From: an uncultured Acidimicrobiales bacterium
GTDB taxonomy: Bacteria > Actinomycetota > Acidimicrobiia > Acidimicrobiales > VFJN01
NCBI GenBank assembly: GCA_963735375.1
Contig: CAVTKS010000006.1
Span: forward strand, 1,343,099 to 1,407,098
Length of the DNA: 64,000 nucleotides
Direction: 5' to 3'
The notes beneath the pieces were generated by a model. The model made no database searches, was not told where the DNA came from, and worked only from the letters and a program-made list of their open reading frames with translations. The position numbers were made by a program, and so were the translations under genes. Shown here piece by piece: positions 7,602-19,406 of this stretch (the first letter of the stretch is position 1; the number at the start of each line of letters is the position of its first letter).

Positions 7602-9212
7602 TCACGGCGCCGACGGCACGGGGTCGAGGACCGGCTCGCCGGCCTCCGCGTCGTAGGCGGGCTCGTCGGCCCCCGCGTCGGCGGGGTCGCCGCGTCCCGG
7701 GCGCAGGGCGGTCCACACCAGCGCCGCCGCGATCAGGGCGACCGCGACCGACACCGTGTTGGTCAGCCGGAACGCGTCCACGAACGCCGACTGTGCCTGG
7801 ACGATCAGGGCATCGCCGCCGGGCAGGCCCTGGGCCACGCCCCAGGCCGCGCCGATCGACTCGTTGGCGGTCTCCGCCGCGCCCGCAGGGACCTCGGTGC
7901 CCGACAGGTCGATGTTGGACCGGTAGGCGGAGCCCACGAGTGTGCCGAACACGGCGATGCCCAGGGCGCCGCCGAACTCGCGGGTCGTGTCGTTGACCGC
8001 CGAGCCCACACCTGCCTTGTCGAGGGGGACGGCCGACATGAGCATCCCGGTGGCAGGGGCGGCCGTGGCGGCGAGCCCCGCTCCCAGCAGGACGAAGCCC
8101 GCCGCGACGACCAGGTACGGGGTGTGGACCCCGATGCGGGTGAACAGGGCCAGGCCCGTCGCCATCAGCGCGAACCCGCCGGTGATGACCTGCGCCGAGC
8201 CGAAGCGCTCGCTGAGCGCCGCGCTGCGCGGTGCGACCACGATCATCGCCCCGGCGAGAGGCAGTCCGGCCAGCCCTGCGGTGAGCGGCGAGTAGCCCAG
8301 CACGTACTGCATGTAGAGCGTCGACAGGAAGTAGAAGCCGAACAGAGCGAAGAACGTGAGCGTGATGGCGGCGCTGGCCACGCTGAAGCGACGGTCGCGG
8401 AACAGGTACAGCGGCAGCATCGGGTGCTCGGCGCGGGCCTCCCAGGCCACGAACCCGGCCACGAGGACGACCGCCGCTCCGAACGCGCCGAGCACGAGGC
8501 CGTCGGTCCAGCCACGCTCGGCTCCCTCGATGATCCCGTAGAGGAGCGACACCATGCCGACGAGGGCGAGGACCGAGCCGACCGGGTCGAGCGGCGTCAC
8601 GTGGCTGTCGCGCGACTTGGGCGAGAACCGGGCGACGGCCACCGCGGCCACCGCCACGAGGGGCAGGTTGACCAGGATCGCCGATCCCCACCAGAACTCC
8701 TCGAGCAGCGCGCCGGCGACGACGGGGCCGAGGGCGGCCCCGGCACCGGCGAAGCCCGCCCAGGTGGCGATCGCCCGGGTCCGCTCCTCGGGCGGGAAGA
8801 CGGCCGTGATCAGCGACAGCGTGGCGGGCATCACGAACGCCGAGCCGACGCCCATGATCCCGCGCCCGACGATGACCTGACCGGGCGAGGTGCCCAGGCC
8901 GGCGACGATCAGGCCGACGCCGAAGATGCCGAGCCCTCCGAGCAGGGCGCCCTTGCGGCCGAACCGGTCGCCCAGGGCACCGGCCGACAACAGCAGGCCG
9001 GCGAACACCAGGGCGTAGGAGTCGATGATCCAGTGGAGCTGGGTGGCGGTGGCGTCCAGGTCCTGTTGGAGGCGGGGAGCCGCCACGTTGAGCGACGAGA
9101 CCGACATGACGACGAGGACGAGGGACAGGCACATGACCCCGAGGAGGAGCCAGCGGCGATGGTGGACGTCGGGGTCTTCGAACAGCTGGGGGGATGCTTG
9201 ATCGACACTCAT
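7602..9212 (-). CDS. MFS transporter, DHA2 (EmrB/QacA-like, 14-TM) drug:H+ antiporter family
   Basis: ORF 7602-9248. It shows the typical LGDRFGRK motif and many TM segments. I prefer ATG 9212 (MSVDQ...) over the TTG at 9248. Confidence 0.88.
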   Translation of the reverse strand: MSVDQASPQLFEDPDVHHRRWLLLGVMCLSLVLVVMSVSSLNVAAPRLQQDLDATATQLHWIIDSYALVFAGLLLSAGALGDRFGRKGALLGGLGIFGVGLIVAGLGTSPGQVIVGRGIMGVGSAFVMPATLSLITAVFPPEERTRAIATWAGFAGAGAALGPVVAGALLEEFWWGSAILVNLPLVAVAAVAVARFSPKSRDSHVTPLDPVGSVLALVGMVSLLYGIIEGAERGWTDGLVLGAFGAAVVLVAGFVAWEARAEHPMLPLYLFRDRRFSVASAAITLTFFALFGFYFLSTLYMQYVLGYSPLTAGLAGLPLAGAMIVVAPRSAALSERFGSAQVITGGFALMATGLALFTRIGVHTPYLVVAAGFVLLGAGLAATAAPATGMLMSAVPLDKAGVGSAVNDTTREFGGALGIAVFGTLVGSAYRSNIDLSGTEVPAGAAETANESIGAAWGVAQGLPGGDALIVQAQSAFVDAFRLTNTVSVAVALIAAALVWTALRPGRGDPADAGADEPAYDAEAGEPVLDPVPSAP

Positions 9213-9249
9213 TCTGCGAAACGTATCCGTAGCACAGTAGAACGCCAAC

Positions 9250-9259
9250 GTTTCGAAAC
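9250..9259. promoter_or_regulatory. perfect palindrome GTTTCGAAAC, candidate TetR operator for the MFS-TetR operon
   Basis: Lies 38 nt upstream of the preferred MFS start. It is embedded in a longer inverted repeat, GAAACGT...ACGTTTC. Confidence 0.35.
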
Positions 9260-9340
9260 TGGTTTTGTCGCCCGTTCACCCGACTGATCCGGCGCCCCGA
9301 ATCGGGCACTGCGCGGGCCACCGGTACACTCGACGGACGC

Positions 9341-12211
<2,871 letters not shown>

Positions 12212-12223
12212 GGGCGCCTCCCC

Positions 12224-13336
12224 ATGCGTGACCTCACCGACGACCTCAAGGCGCTCCACGCCCGGCTGACCGAGGCGGAGGGCTACCTCAAGGTCGACGA
12301 GCTGCGGTCCAGGCGGCCTCAGCTCGAGGCCGAGGCGTCCCGACCCGACCTGTGGGACGACGCCGACCGGGCCAAGCGTGTCACCGGCGAGCTGTCCGCC
12401 GTCATCGACGACATCGAGCAGTACGAGCAGCTCGCGGCCCGGGTCGACGACGCCGAGACCCTGCACGAGCTGGCGCGCGACGAGGGCGACGACGACTCGC
12501 TGGCCGAGGTCGAGCAGTCGCTCGCCGGCATCGATGCCGACCTGCGGCGCATCGAGCTGCGGTCGATGTTCTCGGGCGAGCACGACGAGCGCGACGCACT
12601 CGTGTCGGTCCAGGCGGGTGAGGGTGGCGTCGACGCACAGGACTGGGCCGAGATGCTGCTGCGCATGTACACCCGATGGGCGGAGAGGCGGGGCTTCGAC
12701 GTCGAGGTCGAGGAGTTCACCGAGGGCTCCGAGGCGGGCCTGTCGTCGGCCACGTTCATCGTCAAGGGTCGCTACGCGTACGGCTACCTGCAGGCCGAGC
12801 GCGGCGTGCACCGCCTGGTGCGCATCAGCCCGTTCAACGCCCAGGGCAAGCGCCAGACAGCCTTCGCCGCGCTGGACGTGGTGCCCATGCTCAACGAGGG
12901 CGATGTCTCGGTCGAGGTCGACGAGAAGGACATCAAGATGGACGTCTTCCGGGCGTCCGGGGCCGGCGGCCAGCACATCAACAAGACGTCGTCGGCCGTG
13001 CGGCTGACGCACCTGCCGACAGGCATCGTCGTGTCGTGCCAGGTCGAGCGCAGCCAGTTCCAGAACCGCGACCGGGCCATGGTCATGCTCAAGGCCCGGC
13101 TGGCCGACCGCGAGCGGCAGCGCCGCCAGGACGAGCTCGACGAGATCCGCGGCGACCAGCAGCGCGTCGGCTTCGGCAGCCAGATCCGCAGCTACGTGCT
13201 GCAGCCGTACCAGATGGTGAAAGACCTGCGGTCGGAGCACGAGACCGGCAACGTCTCCGCGGTGCTCGACGGCGACCTCGACCCGTTCATGGAGGCCTAC
13301 CTCCAATGGCGTCGCGCCGGTGCCGACACGGCGTGA
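12224..13336 (+). CDS. prfB: peptide chain release factor 2
   Basis: 370-aa ORF with the SPF tripeptide (SPFNAQGKRQT) and the GGQ motif (GAGGQHINKT). It is a single uninterrupted frame. Confidence 0.97.
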   Translation: MRDLTDDLKALHARLTEAEGYLKVDELRSRRPQLEAEASRPDLWDDADRAKRVTGELSAVIDDIEQYEQLAARVDDAETLHELARDEGDDDSLAEVEQSLAGIDADLRRIELRSMFSGEHDERDALVSVQAGEGGVDAQDWAEMLLRMYTRWAERRGFDVEVEEFTEGSEAGLSSATFIVKGRYAYGYLQAERGVHRLVRISPFNAQGKRQTAFAALDVVPMLNEGDVSVEVDEKDIKMDVFRASGAGGQHINKTSSAVRLTHLPTGIVVSCQVERSQFQNRDRAMVMLKARLADRERQRRQDELDEIRGDQQRVGFGSQIRSYVLQPYQMVKDLRSEHETGNVSAVLDGDLDPFMEAYLQWRRAGADTA

Positions 13337-13472
13337 CCATCCGTCAGGCTGGGCTGGTGGACGAGTACCTTTGGTCCGCGATGTTCGAGTTACCACGCGG
13401 TATCTGTAACCTCATCGCAACAGCTGGGGACGCTCACACTCGACGTTCCCTCGCGCACTTTGGGCGAGGAAG

Positions 13473-14150
13473 ATGATCACGTTCGAACAGGTCAGCAAGA
13501 TCTACAAGGGCAACGTCGAGGCACTGCACAGTGCTTCGGCCACTATCGAGAAGGGCGAGTTCGTCTTCCTCGTGGGGCCCTCCGGGTCGGGCAAGTCGAC
13601 GATGCTGCGGCTCATCAACCGCGAGGAGACGGCCGACAAGGGCCGCATCTTCGTGGCGGGCAAGGACATCGCCCGGCTGTCGTCGTGGCGGGTCCCGTAC
13701 CTGCGCCGCAACATCGGCTGCATCTTCCAGGACTACAAGCTGCTCGCGACCAAGACGGTCTACGACAACGTCGCGTTCGCCCTCGAGGTCATCGGCCGTC
13801 CCCGCCACGTGGTCAAGGCGCAGGTCCCGGCCATCCTCGAGCTGGTGGGCCTCGACTCCAAGAGCGACAACCTGCCCGAGGAGCTGTCGGGTGGCGAGCA
13901 GCAGCGCGTGTCGATCGCCCGGGCGTTCGTCAACCGGCCGCTGATCCTGCTGGCCGACGAGCCCACCGGCAACCTCGACCCGGCCACGTCGGTGGGCATC
14001 ATGCGCCTGCTCGACCGCATCAACCGCACCGGCACCACCGTGGTCATGGCTACCCACGACCGCTCCATCGTCGACACCATGCAGCGACGTGTCATCGAGC
14101 TCGAGACGGGTGAGATCGTCCGCGACCAGGCCCGAGGGGTGTACCAGTGA
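13473..14150 (+). CDS. ftsE: cell-division ABC ATPase FtsE
   Basis: 225 aa with Walker [10 protein letters not shown], signature LSGGEQQRV and Walker [11 protein letters not shown]. Confidence 0.95.
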   Translation: MITFEQVSKIYKGNVEALHSASATIEKGEFVFLVGPSGSGKSTMLRLINREETADKGRIFVAGKDIARLSSWRVPYLRRNIGCIFQDYKLLATKTVYDNVAFALEVIGRPRHVVKAQVPAILELVGLDSKSDNLPEELSGGEQQRVSIARAFVNRPLILLADEPTGNLDPATSVGIMRLLDRINRTGTTVVMATHDRSIVDTMQRRVIELETGEIVRDQARGVYQ

Positions 14151-15043
14151 AGTTCGACTACATCGCCCGTGAGACCGCCAACAACCTGCGCCGCAACATC
14201 ACCCTCACCATCGCCGCGATCATGACGGTGGCCGTGTCGCTGGCCCTGTTCGGCTCGACGCTGCTGGTGCGTCAGGGCGTCGACAACGTGTCCGCCCGCT
14301 GGCAGGACGGCATCGAGGTCATCGCCTTCCTGAAGAAGGACATCACCCCCGAGCAGCGCGAGGCCATCGAGGCGTTCCTCCAGGAGAACCCCGAGGTCGG
14401 CAGTTTCGAGTACGTCGACCGCGAGCAGAGCCACGCCGAGGCCCTGCGCCTGTTCGAGCGCAACTCGGCCATGTTGGCCAAGCTCGAGGCCAGCCCCGAT
14501 CTCGTGCCCGACTCGTACCGGCTCACCCCCGAGTCGAGCGACATCAACCTCATGTCGAGCCTGGGCGAGCAGCTCGCGGCCGAGCCCGGTGTGCAGACGG
14601 TCACCGACGTGACCGACAGCATCAAGACGGTGACCGGCGTGTCCGGGGCGGCCCAGAGGGGCATGCTCGTGATCGGTGTCCTCCTGCTGGCGGCGGCCCT
14701 GCTGCTCATCCTCAACACCATCCGCATGGCCATGTTCGCCCGGCGACGGGAGATCGAGGTCATGAAGCTGGTGGGTGCCACCAACTGGTTCATCCGGGTG
14801 CCGTTCATGCTCGAGGGCATCGTGCACGGCATCGTCGGCGCGTTCTTCGCGCTCGGCGCCGTGTTCGCACTCGACCGCTTCATGCAGAGCGCGGCCGAGA
14901 ACGAGGACTACCAGGCGATCATGCAGGGCTTCGTCGCCTCGTCGGGCGAGCTCACGACCACGGCGGTCGTGGTGATGGCACTGGGCATCGTCATCGGCGC
15001 CGCCGGCTCGGGCTGGGCCCTCAGCCGCTTCCTGAAGGTCTGA
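14147..15043 (+). CDS. ftsX: cell-division permease-like protein FtsX
   Basis: 298 aa. GTG start overlaps the ftsE stop. Four-TM FtsX topology with a large first extracellular loop. Confidence 0.93.
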   Translation: MKFDYIARETANNLRRNITLTIAAIMTVAVSLALFGSTLLVRQGVDNVSARWQDGIEVIAFLKKDITPEQREAIEAFLQENPEVGSFEYVDREQSHAEALRLFERNSAMLAKLEASPDLVPDSYRLTPESSDINLMSSLGEQLAAEPGVQTVTDVTDSIKTVTGVSGAAQRGMLVIGVLLLAAALLLILNTIRMAMFARRREIEVMKLVGATNWFIRVPFMLEGIVHGIVGAFFALGAVFALDRFMQSAAENEDYQAIMQGFVASSGELTTTAVVVMALGIVIGAAGSGWALSRFLKV

Positions 15044-15053
15044 CCCGGCCGGG

Positions 15054-16295
15054 TCAGCTCGTCAGGGCCACCGGCAGCGAGTCCAGGCCGCGCAGCACGA
15101 TGCGGCCGTTCCACGCGGGCTGGTCGGTGGCGACCTCCATGCCGGGGAAGCGGCGCACGAGCGCGGGCACGGCCTCGGCGCCCTCGAGCCGCGCCAGCGC
15201 CGAGCCCAGGCAATGGTGGATGCCGCTGCCGAACGACAGGTGCGAGCCGGCACCCTCGCGCCCCAGGTCGAGGTCGGCGGCGGTCGGGCCCCACTTGCCC
15301 TCGTCCCGGTTCGACGACCCGAGCAGCGTGAGCACGGCCTCGCCGGCGCCGATGGTCTCGCCGCCGACCTCGATCTCGGTGGTGGTGATGCGCCGCGACA
15401 CCTGCACCGGGCTGTCGTAGCGCAGCAGCTCGTCGACCGCGTTGGCGTCCAGGGCCGGATCGGCGACGAGGCGCTCGAGCTGGTCGCGGTGGCGCAGCAG
15501 GGCCAGCGTGCCGTTGCCGATGAGGTTGACGGTGGTCTCGTGGCCGGCCAGGTAGAGCAGCACGACCTGGTCGCGCAGTTCGGCCGGCGTCAGGCGGTCG
15601 CCGTCCTCTTCGGCGGCGATCATGCCGCTCAGCAGGTCGTCGGCCGGGTTCTGCCGCTTCCACTCGATGGCCGCGTCGATGTGGGCGAACATCTGCTCGG
15701 CCGCGGCGACCATGCGCCGGAGCGTGGGCTCGTCGCTGAACGGCTCGATCGAGTTGGTCATCTCGTGCGACCACGCCCGGAGCTGGTCGCGGTCGCCGTC
15801 GGGCATGCCCAGCAGCTCGCTGATGACGATGAACGGCAGGGGGAATGCGAACCGGGCGATCAGGTCCACCGGCTCGCCGTCGCGGGCGGCGCTCTCCATG
15901 TCATCGAGAAGTCCGGCGACGAGGTCCTGCACCCGTTCGCGCAGGCGCTCGACCCGCCGGATGGTGAACACGCTCGACACCAGGCGGCGCAGGCGGGTGT
16001 GGTCGGGAGGGTCGAGGCTCAGGATCGACCGCGTGCGGTCCTGCAGGTTGTCGGCCAGGTCGTCCGGCAACGGGGGCATGACGAGGTTGGTGATGTTGCG
16101 GTCGTCGACGCTCGTGCCGGCGAGCCGCAGGAGTGCGAAGCAGTCGTCGTAGTGCGAGAGCACCCGCAGTCCGATCGGGTTGTAGTGGACCCGGCCGGCG
16201 GCGCGTATCGAGGCGTACTGGCTGTACGGGTCGGCGGCGAAGCCGGGCTCGAACGGGTTGTACAGCGCCTCGCCGGGGTCGGGGGCGGCGGTCAC
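15054..16295 (-). CDS. cytochrome P450
   Basis: C-terminal part of ORF 15054-17525. Heme-binding loop FGSGIHHCLGSALAR, an ExxR motif (ELLRYDSP) and I-helix LLYLAGHETT. GTG 16295 gives 414 aa. Confidence 0.9.
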   Translation of the reverse strand: MTAAPDPGEALYNPFEPGFAADPYSQYASIRAAGRVHYNPIGLRVLSHYDDCFALLRLAGTSVDDRNITNLVMPPLPDDLADNLQDRTRSILSLDPPDHTRLRRLVSSVFTIRRVERLRERVQDLVAGLLDDMESAARDGEPVDLIARFAFPLPFIVISELLGMPDGDRDQLRAWSHEMTNSIEPFSDEPTLRRMVAAAEQMFAHIDAAIEWKRQNPADDLLSGMIAAEEDGDRLTPAELRDQVVLLYLAGHETTVNLIGNGTLALLRHRDQLERLVADPALDANAVDELLRYDSPVQVSRRITTTEIEVGGETIGAGEAVLTLLGSSNRDEGKWGPTAADLDLGREGAGSHLSFGSGIHHCLGSALARLEGAEAVPALVRRFPGMEVATDQPAWNGRIVLRGLDSLPVALTS

Positions 16296-16388
16296 GTTCG
16301 CGTCAGCATCCACACCCCCCAGGTTTTCGCACGGGTCATGCAAAAGCAAGGGGGGTCTGGGACCGACGTGACAGGCTGCTTGCCGACC

Positions 16389-17366
16389 ATGTCCGCTGCG
16401 TCGTCGCCGAGCCCCCGCCCGAGCGCCTCCGGCACCACGAGCGGTGGCCCGGCCCCGACCGCGCGGCCGCCGACGCTCGACCTGGCACTGCTCGGCCTCG
16501 CGGTCGTCGCGGTGTCCACCTCGGCTCCGTTGATCCGGGTCGCCGACGCGCCGTCCCTGGCGGTGGCGTTCTGGCGCAACGCCCTCGCGCTCCCGGTCCT
16601 CGGCGCGGTCGTGCTGCTCAACCCCCGGGCGCGACGCGAGATGCGAGGTCTCGACGCCCGCGAGCGACGGCTGTCCGCAATCGCCGGGCTGTTCCTGGCC
16701 GCCCACTTCGCGACCTGGATCCCCAGCCTCTCGTTCACGTCGGTGGCGTCGTCGGTGGCGCTGGTCGCCACCCAGCCGGTGTGGGCGGCGCTGATCGCCC
16801 GCTGGCGGGGCGAGCACGTGCCCCGCCTGGCCTGGTGGGGCATCGGTACGGCCATGGCCGGCACGGTCGTGCTGACCGGGGTCGACCTGTCGATCGCGCC
16901 GCGGGCGCTGTTCGGCGACCTGCTGGCCCTGGTCGGTGGGGCATTGGCTGCGGCCTACGTCACGGTCGGGGCCGAGGTGCGCCGCACGGTGTCGACCACG
17001 GTCTACGCCACCTCGTGCTATGCGGTGGCGGCCGTCGCGCTGCTCGTCGTGTGCGGCGTGGGACGACAACCCCTGGCCGGGTACGACGCGGCGACCTGGC
17101 TGGTGCTCGTAGCCATCGTCGTCGGCCCCCAGCTGCTGGGGCACACACTCGTCAACCGCGTGCTCCGCACGACGAGCCCCATGCTTGTCTCGGTCGCGAT
17201 CCTGTTCGAGATCGTGGGCTCGGCGCTGCTGGCCTGGGCGGCGTTCGACGAGGTCCCACCCGTCTCGGCCCTCCCGGCGGGCGTCCTCATCGCCGCCGGC
17301 GTCGTGCTGGTGGTGCGTGCCAACCCCACAGAACCGGCGGTGGCGGGGTCGCCGGCGCTCGAGTGA
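16389..17366 (+). CDS. EamA/DMT-superfamily transporter (10 TM)
   Basis: ATG 16389 lies inside ORF 15213-17366. Two EamA-like halves rich in TM helices. Divergent from the P450 gene. Confidence 0.85.
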   Translation: MSAASSPSPRPSASGTTSGGPAPTARPPTLDLALLGLAVVAVSTSAPLIRVADAPSLAVAFWRNALALPVLGAVVLLNPRARREMRGLDARERRLSAIAGLFLAAHFATWIPSLSFTSVASSVALVATQPVWAALIARWRGEHVPRLAWWGIGTAMAGTVVLTGVDLSIAPRALFGDLLALVGGALAAAYVTVGAEVRRTVSTTVYATSCYAVAAVALLVVCGVGRQPLAGYDAATWLVLVAIVVGPQLLGHTLVNRVLRTTSPMLVSVAILFEIVGSALLAWAAFDEVPPVSALPAGVLIAAGVVLVVRANPTEPAVAGSPALE

Positions 17367-17454
17367 GCCTCCGCGTGGGGACGGCGGCCGCCGGTCTTCG
17401 TCTGGTGCGGACCGTCCCTGGGCGGTCACACCCCGCGCACTACGGTCACCGATC

Positions 17455-17619
17455 GTGCGCGTGGTGTGGATCGTGGCCATCATCCTGTTCGTCGTCGCCA
17501 TGGGGGCATGGGGCACGACGTGCACGGGTCAGCGCCCGCGGCCGACGGGCGAGACCATCCCGGCGGGCGATGTGGCGACGACGCCCACACAGCCGACCGG
17601 GTCGACCATCCCCGGCTGA
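17455..17619 (+). CDS. possible small membrane-anchored protein (54 aa)
   Basis: GTG 17455 in the frame of ORF 17185-17619, reading VRVVWIVAIILFVVAMGAWGTTCTGQ... with one TM. No homology recognised. Confidence 0.25.
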   Translation: MRVVWIVAIILFVVAMGAWGTTCTGQRPRPTGETIPAGDVATTPTQPTGSTIPG

Positions 17620-17673
17620 GCCGGGTGGCGCGCGTGCTCCGGGCCGCCGTCCCCACCTCACCCTGAGGGTCCC

Positions 17674-18069
17674 TCAGGACGGGGAGGCTCGGAGATCTCG
17701 CCATCGCCACGACGATCCGGCGACGAGAAGCTCCGGATCGCCGGTCCAGAGCTCGGCCTTCGCCGCGATCGCCGTGGCGGCGGCGAACGCGTCCGCGTAG
17801 GCGAGGGGATGCTCGGCCTTGATGCGCGCGGCCTCGACCACCCGGTTGGCATCCGGCAGCTCGGCATCCAGCACGTCACGCAGGTCCCGTACCGTGTCGG
17901 ATGCCTGCTGGTCGTCATGCAGGCGGCGGATGACGTAGAAGACCTCGCCCAGGTTGATCCAGCTCATCCGCGGTCGTTGGGACGCGAGCAGGTCGCTCAC
18001 CTGCTCGGCGGCCGGTGCGGCGTCCTCGAGGTAGCGCAGCACGGCCCACGAGTCGAGGACGACGGTCAC
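17674..18069 (-). CDS. vapC: PIN-domain ribonuclease toxin (VapC-like)
   Basis: 131 aa with acidic residues at typical PIN positions (LDSWAV..., ...YADAFAAATA...). It overlaps the upstream antitoxin by 4 bp. Confidence 0.85.
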   Translation of the reverse strand: MTVVLDSWAVLRYLEDAAPAAEQVSDLLASQRPRMSWINLGEVFYVIRRLHDDQQASDTVRDLRDVLDAELPDANRVVEAARIKAEHPLAYADAFAAATAIAAKAELWTGDPELLVAGSSWRWRDLRASPS

Positions 18070-18296
18070 GCGGTGGCTTCGCGCGTGCGATCGGCCGTGC
18101 GCTCGCGCTCGAGCTCGGTGGTGAGCCGGCTCGAGCGGAAGCGACCCCGCAACGGACGACGCCGGTGGGCCGGCTGCACCGCAACGTGATCACCGTCGAG
18201 CCAGAAGCTGACCTCGTCGCCCGGCTCGATGCCGAGCTCATCTCGCAGATCCTTGGGAATGACGACCTGGCCCTTCGCGCCCACGCGGTGAGTCAT
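18066..18296 (-). CDS. vapB: AbrB/MazE/SpoVT-family antitoxin (VapB-like)
   Basis: ATG 18296 lies inside ORF 18066-18413. MTHRVGAKGQVVIPKDLRDELGIEPGDEV is a swapped-hairpin SpoVT/AbrB motif. Confidence 0.85.
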   Translation of the reverse strand: MTHRVGAKGQVVIPKDLRDELGIEPGDEVSFWLDGDHVAVQPAHRRRPLRGRFRSSRLTTELERERTADRTREATA

Positions 18297-18324
18297 ACCG
18301 GAGAGTATAACTAGGGGGAGCCCA

Positions 18325-18362
18325 CGAAAACGACCGCTGGCCTGGGCGGAAGCCCAGGCCAG
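18325..18362 (-). terminator. rho-independent terminator of ssrA
   Basis: Perfect 11-bp stem CTGGCCTGGGC-ggaa-GCCCAGGCCAG (18337-18362). On the minus strand it is followed by GTTTTCG. Confidence 0.75.
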
Positions 18363-18379
18363 TCGATCAGAGTGATGAG

Positions 18380-18769
18380 TGGAGCTGGGGGGAATCGAAC
18401 CCCCGTCCGTCAAGCGGTTGCAGACCGCGCTACGACCATTCCCGAGATCTACGGCTCTACGGCTGCCGCACCGCCGGGTCGGTGGGCCCCGCTAGGGGGC
18501 CGCCGCCAGGTCTTTCCCTGGGGTCAGCGGTCTTTCACGCCGTCAGCAGTCTTTTCCGCTGTCAGTCACCGCTTCTGTTGCCAGGCTGCGGTGACCAGGC
18601 CCCGCGTGCCATCGCTGGTCGCTATCGCTCTCGTTCACCTGGTTTGAATCAGGCGGCGAATGCGTACTGCTCGTTTTCGGCAGTTGTGTTGGTGCCCCGA
18701 TTAAGGAGTCTGAGCAACTCCGGTCGCACGATTCGACTTCCGGTCTCAACGTCGAAACCGATCAGCCCC
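18380..18769 (-). ncRNA. ssrA: transfer-messenger RNA (tmRNA)
   Basis: The 5' end GGGGCTGATCGGTTTCGACG pairs with the 3' end GGACGGGGGTTCGATTCCCCCCAGCTCCA, giving a G3:U70 Ala-type acceptor and a T-arm. The internal tag ORF GCC GAA AAC GAG CAG TAC GCA TTC GCC GCC TGA encodes AENEQYAFAA*. CCA is not encoded. Confidence 0.95.
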
Positions 18770-18844
18770 TTGTCAAGTAGCGCTCCGAGTGTACCGGGCG
18801 GCCGTGACTACGCAGGCTGGCCCGGCCCCTACGATGCTCGATCG

Positions 18845-19366
18845 ATGAAGGTATCTGCGGACGGCCCCATCGGGCGAGCGGTGATGAAGATGGCGGCGAG
18901 CCCCGGCTTCGCGAAGGTGGCACCGTCGGTGGTGCCCAGGCTCGACCGCCTGGTGCACCGCCTGACGGGCGGGCGCACGACCATGAGCGCCGGCATGGTG
19001 CCCACCGTGATCCTCACCACCACGGGGTCGCGATCCGGCGAGCCACGCACGGTTCCGCTCGCGTGCATGCCCGACGACGGCGCCCTCTACGTGGTGGGCA
19101 GCAACTTCGGGCGCGAGCACCATCCGGCCTGGAGCACAAACCTCGTCAAAGCACCGCACGCACGAGCCTCGTTCGAGGGCGAGGACTACGACGTCGTCGC
19201 CCACCTCCTGTCGGCGCACGACAAGGCCGAGATCTGGCCGAGGCTCATCGACGCTTGGCCCGCCTACGACAACTACGTCGAGCGCAGCGGGCGAGACCTG
19301 CGGGTGTTCCGCCTCGACCGGGCTGCAGGCGACGTCCCGTCCGGCGCGCCGTCCGGTCCGGCCTGA
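18845..19366 (+). CDS. deazaflavin (F420)-dependent nitroreductase-family oxidoreductase (DDN-like)
   Basis: ATG 18845 lies inside ORF 18482-19366. Typical pattern: TTGSRSGEPRTVPL...YVVGSNFGREHHPAWSTNL...WPRLIDAWPAYDNY. Confidence 0.85.
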   Translation: MKVSADGPIGRAVMKMAASPGFAKVAPSVVPRLDRLVHRLTGGRTTMSAGMVPTVILTTTGSRSGEPRTVPLACMPDDGALYVVGSNFGREHHPAWSTNLVKAPHARASFEGEDYDVVAHLLSAHDKAEIWPRLIDAWPAYDNYVERSGRDLRVFRLDRAAGDVPSGAPSGPA

Positions 19367-19406
19367 TTCGCCCCGCACCCGTCGCGCGCGGCAACGCTGC
19401 CTGGTC

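Noticed and set aside
12224-13336. Programmed +1 frameshift in prfB.
   Set aside because: The full 370-aa RF2, from the N-terminus through the SPF and GGQ motifs, is encoded in one uninterrupted frame. There is no in-frame early UGA and no CUU UGA site.
15054-17525. The 823-aa ORF read as a giant P450 fusion protein.
   Set aside because: Only the C-terminal 414 aa are P450-like. The upstream 400 aa are Arg-rich nonsense antisense to the EamA transporter gene. A GTG at 16295 gives a normal-length P450.
17620-18380. Genomic island integrated at the tmRNA 3' end.
   Set aside because: I found no direct repeat of the ssrA 3' segment to the left of vapBC. The palindrome at 17650-17666 (CCTGAGGGTCCCTCAGG) is a convergent-gene hairpin, not an att copy. 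Only the weaker remnant hypothesis is kept, as a finding.
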